18,615 nucleotides of DNA from contig JBBCAX010000042.1 of assembly GCA_051382335.1 (NCBI GenBank), positions 1 through 18,615 on the forward strand, read 5' to 3'. A model generated the notes under the pieces. That model worked only from the letters and a program-made list of their open reading frames with translations. It was not told the origin of the DNA and ran no database searches. The stretch's first letter is position 1, and each line of letters opens with the position of its first letter. Of the stretch, positions 1 to 7,191 are shown one piece after another. Made by a program: the position numbers and the translations under genes. The stretch comes from Deltaproteobacteria bacterium TL4 (GTDB lineage Bacteria; SAR324; NAC60-12).

Positions 1-16
1 TGAGGCGCCTGTCCCA

Positions 17-112
17 AGTTTCTTTAGACACCCTTGACTCTGACTACATTTTCCCTCCTGTCGGGGTAATGAGTGACTTTCACCACCAAGTTAAACGCCA
101 TGCCAGGCGCAC
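17..112 (-). mobile_element. 5' end (domain I fragment) of a group II intron, class IIC-like
   Basis: Minus strand from 112 reads GTGCGCCTGGCATGGCGTTTAACTTGGTGGTGAAAGTCAC...GTCAAGGGTGTC. This gives a canonical GUGYG 5' splice site, a GGTGAAAGTC GNRA element and the CAAGGGTGTC motif typical of IIC domain I. It starts right after a GC-rich hairpin, the usual IIC target context. The left boundary is approximate. Confidence 0.8.
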
Positions 113-163
113 AGCGCGGGCATCTTGCTCGCAAAAGCGGGCGGGACGCCCGTGTTCCCAGGA
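113..163. repeat. REP-like inverted-repeat doublet (hairpin)
   Basis: Arms agcgcgggcatcttgctcgc (113-132) and gcgggcgggacgcccgtgtt (137-156) surround an AAAA loop. On the + strand 19 of 20 positions pair when G-T is allowed. Each arm is itself a short palindrome. The right arm ends in cccagga; the matching tcctggg of the left arm is missing and is replaced by the intron 5' end. Confidence 0.75.
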
Positions 164-183
164 CAAAACTTATCTTGAGCACT

Positions 184-438
184 ATACTTTCTAAGCACCA
201 ACTTTGCCCGATACCATCCCCTTTTCACGCTCTCCGCCAAGTCTGCCACGTTGTTTTCCAGGTGTCGCGCCTATTGAGACGCACTTTCCCGGTCTACTCC
301 CGCTGCCACCTTTTTGTTGAGGAACCGCCAACAGTCGAGCAGAAACTCAACCGTCAACAAGCTGATCAGGTTTTTGAATTTATGGGTTTTGTTTTGTGCC
401 GCTTTGTTGGCTATTCCCCGCAGTGAGGTTTGCCTCAT
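184..438 (-). pseudogene. ltrA: Group II intron reverse transcriptase/maturase, N-terminal fragment (RT0 to start of RT1), with in-frame stop
   Basis: Manual translation from ATG 438 (SD-like GGAGAAG upstream): MRQTSLRGIANKAAQNKTHKFKNLISLLTVEFLLDCWRFLNKKVAAGVDRESASQ*ARHLENNVADLAESVKRGWYRAKLVLRKY. AAGVD and YRAKLVLRKY are RT0/RT1 signatures. TAG at 273-271 replaces a normally conserved Tyr, and similarity ends before the expected IPK. Confidence 0.85.
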
Positions 439-1051
439 CTTCTCCAGCTCTATGTGTCCGGTATGTATTTCCTATGTGGGCTGCACAACTTTGTTCACTC
501 CTTCCCCATGTAATCGGCTCTCCCGTCTCAGAGTACTATGAGTGAAGCTGACTCCCCAGTGTTCTTCAGCCATCCTTCTTTTTGTTGGGTAGGCTTACCT
601 GCAGATGCTGGACTTTAGGTTTCGGCTTGCTTCCGTTTCAGGGGTTCCCCTTACGTGGCTAATGATCCGCAGACCTTGCCCTAGCCAGCAGGAAACACAT
701 GGGGTCTCGCCAGTTCTTGTCCTTTCTCTCCGCACATGCCACGCTCCAGGACACCGGCAGTCCTTCGGGAATCTCACCCTGGCGATTCCTCTGTATTGGC
801 TTCCGTCACGTTGACAACGTCGCCGACTGCTTTTATACTCTTAACGATGCTTACCGCTTCAGGGATGTGTGTATCCCTTGTGGCCTATAGGGTTCTCTGT
901 GTACGCTTCGTCTCCTTTGTTCGCCTTTGCCGCAGCCGTAACCGCCCGCAACGCTCCGTCGGACACGCAACACTCGATATGGGTGGTTGGTTAGACCTTG
1001 CCCGTCAGGGACTTTCACCCTGAAAGAAAAGGCAAGCTGTGCTTGCCGCAC
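184..1051 (-). mobile_element. Group II intron, 3'-truncated (domains I-III, start of DIV and IEP ORF), IIB/bacterial class E-like
   Basis: Minus strand from 1051 reads GTGCGGCAAGCACAGCTTGCCTTTTCTTTCAGGGTGAAAGTCCCTGACGGGCAAGG, a group II 5' end. A DIII-like segment GGAGTCAGCTTCACTCATAGTACTCTGAGACGGGAGAGCCGATTACATGGGGAAGG lies at ~498-555, followed by the RT ORF. No domain V/VI is seen in the window. The class assignment is by resemblance only. Confidence 0.85.
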
Positions 1052-1102
1052 CAACGACGAGCTAAGATTATTTTCACAAGTCCAAAGCGAATGACTCTGG
1101 CG

Positions 1103-1612
1103 TTAAGGCGATTGATAGGGCAACTTCCAGTGGGGGAGCATGGGTTCAATACCAACATTCAATCCGTTTATTTGTTCAATAATCGGCATCAGAATTTCTG
1201 TGGCAAGAATACCATCCGGATAAACTAGTAAAAGAGGGTAATGCTCGGTTAAGCCAAAAGAACGTTTAATTTTTTGATTGTATAAGGCGACTTTAAGCAG
1301 GTACTGTTTGATTTGATTTTTTGTTCCTTGAAGCTCCTGCATCAAGTCTTCGGAAGATAGCGTGTATTCTTTACTTCCGAAAATGTCATAGTAGGTAATT
1401 TCATTGTTCTGACATCGAATAAAAAAGGGTTTGACATAAACAGGCGCTCCAACCCATTGAAAGGTCACATTACGAATCGCTCTGGAGGGTTGCTCCTTAT
1501 GTCCCAGTAAGAGAAAGGTAATGGACATAAACGCAAGGATGCCCATGGTGCATAACAACACACTCAAAAAAGGAAATAGTGAGACGTTTGGGCGTGATTT
1601 ACGACGTTTCAT
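1103..1612 (-). CDS. Single-TM ExbD/TolR/MotB-position partner protein (lacks the conserved TM Asp)
   Basis: Basic N-terminus KRRKSR, then hydrophobic SLFPFLSVLLCTMGILAFMSITFLLLG and a soluble C-terminal domain. Overlaps the upstream MotA/TolQ gene by 4 bp (ATGA). Confidence 0.75.
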   Translation of the reverse strand: MKRRKSRPNVSLFPFLSVLLCTMGILAFMSITFLLLGHKEQPSRAIRNVTFQWVGAPVYVKPFFIRCQNNEITYYDIFGSKEYTLSSEDLMQELQGTKNQIKQYLLKVALYNQKIKRSFGLTEHYPLLLVYPDGILATEILMPIIEQINGLNVGIEPMLPHWKLPYQSP

Positions 1613-2922
1613 GCTTCGTTTTTAGGTGCAGGTGAATCCGTAGAGACTTCGACGGGAAAAGGGTTTTCGGGCATTTCTGTGCTGAGGATCACCTCTTGGA
1701 TGTCTATCGACTGCGCCAGAGGAGTTGCCACAGGCAACGCCTCTGCTTTGTGGTGCGTTCCAGGTTCCACCTGTTGGAGATCCACTTCGGACACTGCGCG
1801 GTAGGATTCTGTGTCTGCGGTATCAGAAGACGGGGACTCCGTTTCAGTGGTGATTGTATCTTTGACCTGGAAAAAGGAATTGCTAAAATCTCTCACCAAA
1901 GGCTGAAGTCCCTCTATTTGAGCTTTTAAGTTTTCAGCATAACGGGTCATGGAGTTAAATAACGGCGCAATTTGTGACATCCAGTTTTCAGAAAACTGCA
2001 TGAGTTGATAGAGATGGTTGTCAAGGCCTCCTGTTGGCTGGTCTTCTCCCGGGTGAATGTGGATCTGGGGTAAGAGTTCTTCAAGACAGTATTCTTCAAC
2101 TAACAAAAGAAGATCTTCTTCGGCTTTGCGTAAAAATGAAGTAATGACCATGATGGGAATAACACAGATCAACGCCAGAAAGGTCGTATTAAAAGCGATG
2201 GACAAGCCGCTGGTGACTCCGCCTAACGCAGAGCGCATTTGTCCCCCCAAATTTACGGTATTGACGGATCGGATAAATTCGGAAAATTCGCCTATGGCTT
2301 CTCCAATTCCAAAAACAGTTCCAATAAACCCCAAGATGGGAATAGCCCAAATAAACACGTTGAGTAAGGTGTATCCGTTTTCCAAATGGTTGTAGTCAAT
2401 TTCGGCCTGATAATTCATGATGGTATGGCTTTCTTCTTTTTTGGGGACAGTTCGGATGTAGTGCAGAACCCGACGTATCCGGCAAAAAATGAGACTCTCC
2501 TGAAAATGTGAAATGCCTTGTTGTTGCAAAAGTTGACTGACTTCATCCAGTTTTTGTTGAACCTCTTTGACCAGAATACCCCGACTTATGACTTGATGGA
2601 CGCTTTGGTGTCGAAAAGCATGATAGGCCTTGATTTGCTTGCGATGTCGATGAAATTTGAAAAGAATAATAAAAACAGACCAAAGCGTCAGCCAAGTGAT
2701 GGATTCGGAGACATGTCCTGTAAACAACTGCTGAATGTATTCGTTGTCTGTGGCAGGGATCGGAAAGACAAGATAGAAAATGGAGGTAAAAATTAAACTC
2801 AACAGCAAGGCTTTAAACGCATCGGTGTAATCATTCTGTGAACCCGTGTTTAGATAGGTTCCACAATTTTGGCAGTAAATTACAATATCTGGATTTAAAG
2901 TTTGACAATTTAAACACTTCAT
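1609..2922 (-). CDS. MotA/TolQ/ExbB proton-channel family protein with N-terminal zinc ribbon
   Basis: AIPILGFIGTVFGI and GLSIAFNTTFLAL match the MotA/TolQ/ExbB TM hairpin motifs. It also has an N-terminal CLNC-x10-CQNC Zn ribbon, two N-terminal TM helices and an acidic low-complexity C-tail. Confidence 0.88.
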   Translation of the reverse strand: MKCLNCQTLNPDIVIYCQNCGTYLNTGSQNDYTDAFKALLLSLIFTSIFYLVFPIPATDNEYIQQLFTGHVSESITWLTLWSVFIILFKFHRHRKQIKAYHAFRHQSVHQVISRGILVKEVQQKLDEVSQLLQQQGISHFQESLIFCRIRRVLHYIRTVPKKEESHTIMNYQAEIDYNHLENGYTLLNVFIWAIPILGFIGTVFGIGEAIGEFSEFIRSVNTVNLGGQMRSALGGVTSGLSIAFNTTFLALICVIPIMVITSFLRKAEEDLLLLVEEYCLEELLPQIHIHPGEDQPTGGLDNHLYQLMQFSENWMSQIAPLFNSMTRYAENLKAQIEGLQPLVRDFSNSFFQVKDTITTETESPSSDTADTESYRAVSEVDLQQVEPGTHHKAEALPVATPLAQSIDIQEVILSTEMPENPFPVEVSTDSPAPKNEA

Positions 2923-3256
2923 AACTTCCTAAACAATAGAATTGTCTGAAACAAGAGAAACTTTGCTCAAGGAGCCTCTCAATGGTTTTTCATACTAACT
3001 GATTTGACATCTTCTGATTGCAGTGTAAAAAAGTATGTCTATTATTTCAAGTGTATATTCATCGACGGTGTTAAATTTGCTTATAAATTTTATGACAGCC
3101 TAATGTATTCTGGAAACTTTACAATGATAAATATCGGGTTATCAACGTTAGGTTGAGGAATATGGAGTCAAGGCCTGACAAATAGGCTGAATAAAATAGG
3201 TTAAGCCGAGGGTTGTGTTTAAAGTCATTCTGTTTTTTTCGGTGAAGTGAGGGTTT

Positions 3257-3694
3257 ATGTATAAAATTCGACAAATGATATTAATGATATTGCTTTTTGT
3301 GATGTTGAGTGTGTGTGCGTTAAAGCCTGCAAAGGCAGCAGGTTTGGAATTAGTATTTCAAGACACCTTATGGGGTGGTGCCCTGGGAGGCGTTGTGGGT
3401 TTGGCCGTGTGGGGATTACAAGAACGTTCAGACGATGAGAAGCCTGAAACCTTTAGTTTACGAGGGGTGTCTATCGGTATTTTAGGCGGGATGTTGTTCG
3501 GATTTTATGAAGTCAAACAAACGAGCACTGGTTTTAGCCAAAATAGGCTTCAGCCAGCTCCTGAAGACAGTCTGCTTTTTTATGATCAAAGATCAAACCT
3601 GCTACGAATTTCATGGCTTCAGGGAATGCCCAAACCTCATTACTCTGGAGAAAACCTCAGTTATCAGGCTTTTTTACTGGGAATAAAATTTTGA
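3257..3694 (+). CDS. Hypothetical exported/membrane protein with glycine-zipper helices
   Basis: Signal peptide ending AKA; GxxxG-rich segments WGGALGGVVGLAVWG and GVSIGILGGMLFG; GAGGG SD before the ATG. Confidence 0.75.
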   Translation: MYKIRQMILMILLFVMLSVCALKPAKAAGLELVFQDTLWGGALGGVVGLAVWGLQERSDDEKPETFSLRGVSIGILGGMLFGFYEVKQTSTGFSQNRLQPAPEDSLLFYDQRSNLLRISWLQGMPKPHYSGENLSYQAFLLGIKF

Positions 3695-3861
3695 GAGGTG
3701 CTTAGCGTTTGTTTTTATGCTAGAATTAAGGTATCTTTTTGATCAGTGTCTTTGTCAAATTGCTAAAAGCTCAAAGCCCATTAAGCGACAGCGACTAATG
3801 ATGCGACAGAGATCAGGGAGTATTCAATTTTGATGATAAACTTTTAGTCTGAGTGGGTATC

Positions 3862-4707
3862 ATGATTAAGCAATTCATATATTTCATCGGAGCCGTTTTT
3901 GGGGTGTATAGTTGTTTGTGGAGTAATGTTTTCGCAGGCCCTCCTTCCGAATGCTCCTCTCAAGCCATCCAAATTATATCCTGGAATATAAGTAATTTTG
4001 ATAAGGCTAAGACAAAACAGGACTTGGAAGCCATTGCGAAGATCATTAACGATGCCGACATTGTGGCCTTTCAGGGGATCTCAACCGCAAAGAACGCCTT
4101 TAAAGTCATCTCTGATCTGGATGATCATTTGAGCGAACTGGGCTATTTATGGAGCTATGTTTTAAGTGAGGATTTTGGCTCTCAGCAGCGTTATGCGTTT
4201 TTTTGGAAACCCAGAAAAATCAAGCAGCTCAGTAATAAGTCCTCCAGCCAATTAGAGCTTAAGGATTTTCACAACGACGATCCCTTTATTGGCGTCTTTA
4301 GTGCTCACGGACAAAGCTTAATATTGATCAACGTGAATGCGACCCGCAGTCACAAGAAGCTGATCGGGGATATTCAGGAATTGTTGTCGATTGTGAGTAA
4401 GGTTGAAGAAGATAAAACAGCTATTGTCAGTATGGTTGGTAACTTCAACAGTCCCTTTGACAGTAAGCCTTTGCAAAGCCTGAGAGACCAAAAATGGCAA
4501 ATGACGATTAAAGAACCTACGATGCTGCAAGCGACCGAAGTAAAAGGCGAATACCGAATCAACGCCTTTGATAATATTCTTTTGAGGAGTGTTAAACCCG
4601 TCTGTGCGTCAGGAGTGATTGATACCGTCAAAAATCTGAAATTAAAACAGGCCCGTGAAATTAGTTCTCACCTTCCCGTTTATATTTGGATCCAATTAGA
4701 AGGATGA
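3862..4707 (+). CDS. Secreted endonuclease/exonuclease/phosphatase (DNase I-like) fold protein, probably catalytically degenerate
   Basis: Signal peptide (..NVFA). EEP motif positions are recognisable as IISWNI, DIVAFQG, RYAFFW, MVGNFN, AFDNIL and ISSHLPV. ATG 3862 chosen; GTG 3853 is an alternative start. Confidence 0.8.
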   Translation: MIKQFIYFIGAVFGVYSCLWSNVFAGPPSECSSQAIQIISWNISNFDKAKTKQDLEAIAKIINDADIVAFQGISTAKNAFKVISDLDDHLSELGYLWSYVLSEDFGSQQRYAFFWKPRKIKQLSNKSSSQLELKDFHNDDPFIGVFSAHGQSLILINVNATRSHKKLIGDIQELLSIVSKVEEDKTAIVSMVGNFNSPFDSKPLQSLRDQKWQMTIKEPTMLQATEVKGEYRINAFDNILLRSVKPVCASGVIDTVKNLKLKQAREISSHLPVYIWIQLEG

Positions 4708-4880
4708 TTTTTTATGTTTTTTTTTCGAATGATGCTGAATGTACTCCCCTATTCTCGCTGTTAAGCTAAGGATCTTATGCTGGCGGTGATGCTCTTTCTG
4801 GTCACTTTGATCTAAAACCTGTCATTCCCATGTAATGAGAACGCTTTCCGTCCAGATATTCTGATAAGATGCTTAGATTA

Positions 4881-4896
4881 TGGCCAATAACTTGCT
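4881..4896 (+). promoter_or_regulatory. Putative sigma54 (-24/-12) promoter
   Basis: TGGCCAATAACTTGCT has exact GG-N10-GC spacing and closely matches TGGCAC-N5-TTGCW. It lies ~55 nt upstream of ATG 4950. Confidence 0.6.
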
Positions 4897-4949
4897 TATT
4901 AAACAGTAACAATAATTCCTTTTTGATCAATCTTGTAGGAAACATAGCA

Positions 4950-5885
4950 ATGCCAAAAAAAGAAGTATGGGCTGTTGGCGGAGGCAAAGGTGGAGTTGGT
5001 AAAAGTTTTATTACCGGAAACTTAGGTATTACTCTTGCCCAAAAGGGCCATGAAGTTGTTTTAGCAGATATGGATTTAGGGGGGGCGAACCTTCATACTT
5101 GCTTGGGAATCAGCAACCCGGAACATGGACTGTCAGAGTTTGTTAACAGGGAGATGGAAACCATGGAAGAAGTGATGGTTACAACAGCCATTCCCGGAAT
5201 ACGATTAATCAGTGGAGCACAAGATGGACTCGATATCGCGAATCCTCGTCATGCGCAAAAGTTAAGAATGTTGAAAGCCTTGCGGAACATTGATGCGGAC
5301 TACGTCTTGCTGGACTTAGGTGCTGGAACCGCGTTCAATACGCTTGATTTCTTTCTCGCTGCGGATTCTCAGATCATCATTGTTGTGCCTGAACCGACTT
5401 CAATCGAAAATGCGTATCGATTTATTAAAAGTGCTTTTTACCGAAAAATCAGGCATAGCAGTCCCTCGGCTCTGGTTCGCGATATTGTGGATCAAGTGAT
5501 GAACCGAAATAATCCTTATGGGATACGAACGCCCCGTGAACTATTGGATCACTTACGTTCTTTAGATGAAACCATGGAAGCGTTTGCGGAAGTGCAGGCG
5601 TCTAGTTTTCGCCCCAAACTGATATTGAATCAGGTTCGTTCCGTTAATGATATTCGCATTGGTTTTGCGATGGATAATGCCTGCTTGAAATATTTTGGAA
5701 TCCATCTCGATTTTATTGGCTATGTTGAATATGACGATTTAGTGTGGAAGTCTGTATTACAGCGAAAACCGATTGTGCTCAGGGATGGGGAAGCCCTGGT
5801 CTCAAAGAGATTACATTCGATTTGTGATAACCTGATCGCAGGCCGTCATTTACGACCTCAAATGCAACCAAAAACACCACGATGA
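4950..5885 (+). CDS. FlhG/FleN/MinD-like ParA-family P-loop ATPase
   Basis: Deviant Walker A GGKGGVGKS, plus DMDLGGANL, DLGAG and PEPTSIENAY motifs. Start moved to ATG 4950 (AGGA SD at 4937-4940) because the 4869 extension is not family-like. Confidence 0.9.
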   Translation: MPKKEVWAVGGGKGGVGKSFITGNLGITLAQKGHEVVLADMDLGGANLHTCLGISNPEHGLSEFVNREMETMEEVMVTTAIPGIRLISGAQDGLDIANPRHAQKLRMLKALRNIDADYVLLDLGAGTAFNTLDFFLAADSQIIIVVPEPTSIENAYRFIKSAFYRKIRHSSPSALVRDIVDQVMNRNNPYGIRTPRELLDHLRSLDETMEAFAEVQASSFRPKLILNQVRSVNDIRIGFAMDNACLKYFGIHLDFIGYVEYDDLVWKSVLQRKPIVLRDGEALVSKRLHSICDNLIAGRHLRPQMQPKTPR

Positions 5886-7189
5886 TAGAAAACGAAGCAT
5901 CAATACTCTCAGAGTTTGAGAATTATTACGAAATGTTGAACTTATCTTATAAAGCCACCAAAGAAGACGTACGGATGGCTTATGAAATAGCGATGCAAAC
6001 GTTTCATGAAAATTCTTTGGCAACCTACTCTCTGTTTTCGGACGATGAAAACGATGAAATTATGCGAAAAATCACCAAGGCTTATATGGTATTGGTGGAT
6101 TCGCATACACGCAGAGAATATGACGCAAAATTATTACAATTTTTAAAATCCAAAGATTCTGCGGAGTCTTCCCAAAATGATAAGCAGCCTTCCCCTCCTT
6201 CCTCGCGGGAAGGAAGTAATCTCCAACCTAAGAGAACCGGAAAAGTTGTTGATTCCATGACCAGGGATTATGATGTGCAAGCAACACGATCCGAAGAGTT
6301 TTCAACTTTATTATCAAAGAGTTATTACCCTCCGCATAGTAAAGCGAAACCAACGCCCGTATTTCATAAGCCTGCTCCTGATAAAAAAGTTACTTTACCC
6401 CTGGAACCTTTGAAGCCCGAAAAGCTCAATCCAACCTTGGGTGGAGAAAAACATGAGGTATCAAATATACCAATCAGTGCAGAAAGAATTCACCGAGTGG
6501 AAAATAAAGAAGCAATCAGACTTTCAGAGGAGCATCGTATGATTCGTACCACGAATATCATATCTGACAGTGACACTCATGACCTGAGAGAGTCTGTCAA
6601 CAATAGTGTCAAATCTCATCCGGTCTTGGTTCAGGAACGGAAAATTCCTTCAAAAGAATTATCTAAACCTTCAGTGATGAGCGACACTTCCAGGATTCGC
6701 GAAACTACGCCAGTCTATACAACGCCACCCATCGTCACGTCTTCCCATAACATGGAGGGCGCTCCAATGTCCTCTGCGACTCAGACTAATGTTTCGAGTG
6801 GGGATTCTGAGGGGAAAATTAAACCGATTCTTCCTGATGAGTTATTACTGAAACGTGAAGAAAATCGAAAGAGTTTGATTAAGAAAAATGAAGAGACCTT
6901 GAATCAGGTTCAGAAATTTTTAAACTCCGTAACCGAATATTCTGGGAACGTACTAGGGCAGATTCGTAAGATGAAAGGCGTGAGTTTAAGCGAACTTTCA
7001 ACAGAGACATGTGTTCGAGAGTATTATTTGACGGAAATTGAAGCTGAAAATTTCGAGATCTTCAATGCGATCATTTACCTGAAAGGTTACCTCAGAGTTT
7101 ACGCAAAAGCGATACAGCTTCCAGAGCAGAAAGTTGTTGATGACTATGTCGCCCGTTATAACGCGTGGAAAAAAAAGAAGAAAAAGTAA
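5882..7189 (+). CDS. J-domain-like (HPD-less) / long disordered linker / C-terminal RodZ-type HTH protein
   Basis: N-terminal NYYEMLNL..ATKEDVRMAY...ITKAYMVL..RREYD matches a DnaJ J-domain fold with HEN in place of HPD. C-terminal GNVLGQIRKMKGVSLSELS...YLKGYLRVYAKAIQL matches HTH_25/RodZ-like. ATGA overlap with the ATPase gene. Confidence 0.85.
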   Translation: MIENEASILSEFENYYEMLNLSYKATKEDVRMAYEIAMQTFHENSLATYSLFSDDENDEIMRKITKAYMVLVDSHTRREYDAKLLQFLKSKDSAESSQNDKQPSPPSSREGSNLQPKRTGKVVDSMTRDYDVQATRSEEFSTLLSKSYYPPHSKAKPTPVFHKPAPDKKVTLPLEPLKPEKLNPTLGGEKHEVSNIPISAERIHRVENKEAIRLSEEHRMIRTTNIISDSDTHDLRESVNNSVKSHPVLVQERKIPSKELSKPSVMSDTSRIRETTPVYTTPPIVTSSHNMEGAPMSSATQTNVSSGDSEGKIKPILPDELLLKREENRKSLIKKNEETLNQVQKFLNSVTEYSGNVLGQIRKMKGVSLSELSTETCVREYYLTEIEAENFEIFNAIIYLKGYLRVYAKAIQLPEQKVVDDYVARYNAWKKKKKK

Positions 7190-7191
7190 GA

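Noticed and set aside
184..438. RT fragment as part of a retron, DGR or CRISPR-associated RT
   Set aside because: It is embedded in clear group II intron RNA with an intron-type RT0 region. No msr/msd, TR/VR pair or cas genes are seen.
73..1228. Short track ORFs 73-426, 314-541, 595-777, 605-814, 699-890, 736-1023, 851-1054 and 998-1228
   Set aside because: They are shadow frames over group II intron RNA or antisense to the RT fragment, with no protein motifs.
1103..2922. Zorya (zorAB) defence system or flagellar motAB
   Set aside because: The partner lacks the TM Asp and an OmpA-like peptidoglycan-binding domain, there is no long ZorA-type helical tail, and no zorC/D/E or flagellar genes are nearby.
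2923..3256. AT-rich divergent intergenic region with a short aaatagg repeat
   Set aside because: It has only two 7-nt copies and no convincing RNA structure or operator.
4869..4949. N-terminal extension of the ATPase
   Set aside because: It is not family-like, contains the sigma54 motif, and the SD supports ATG 4950.
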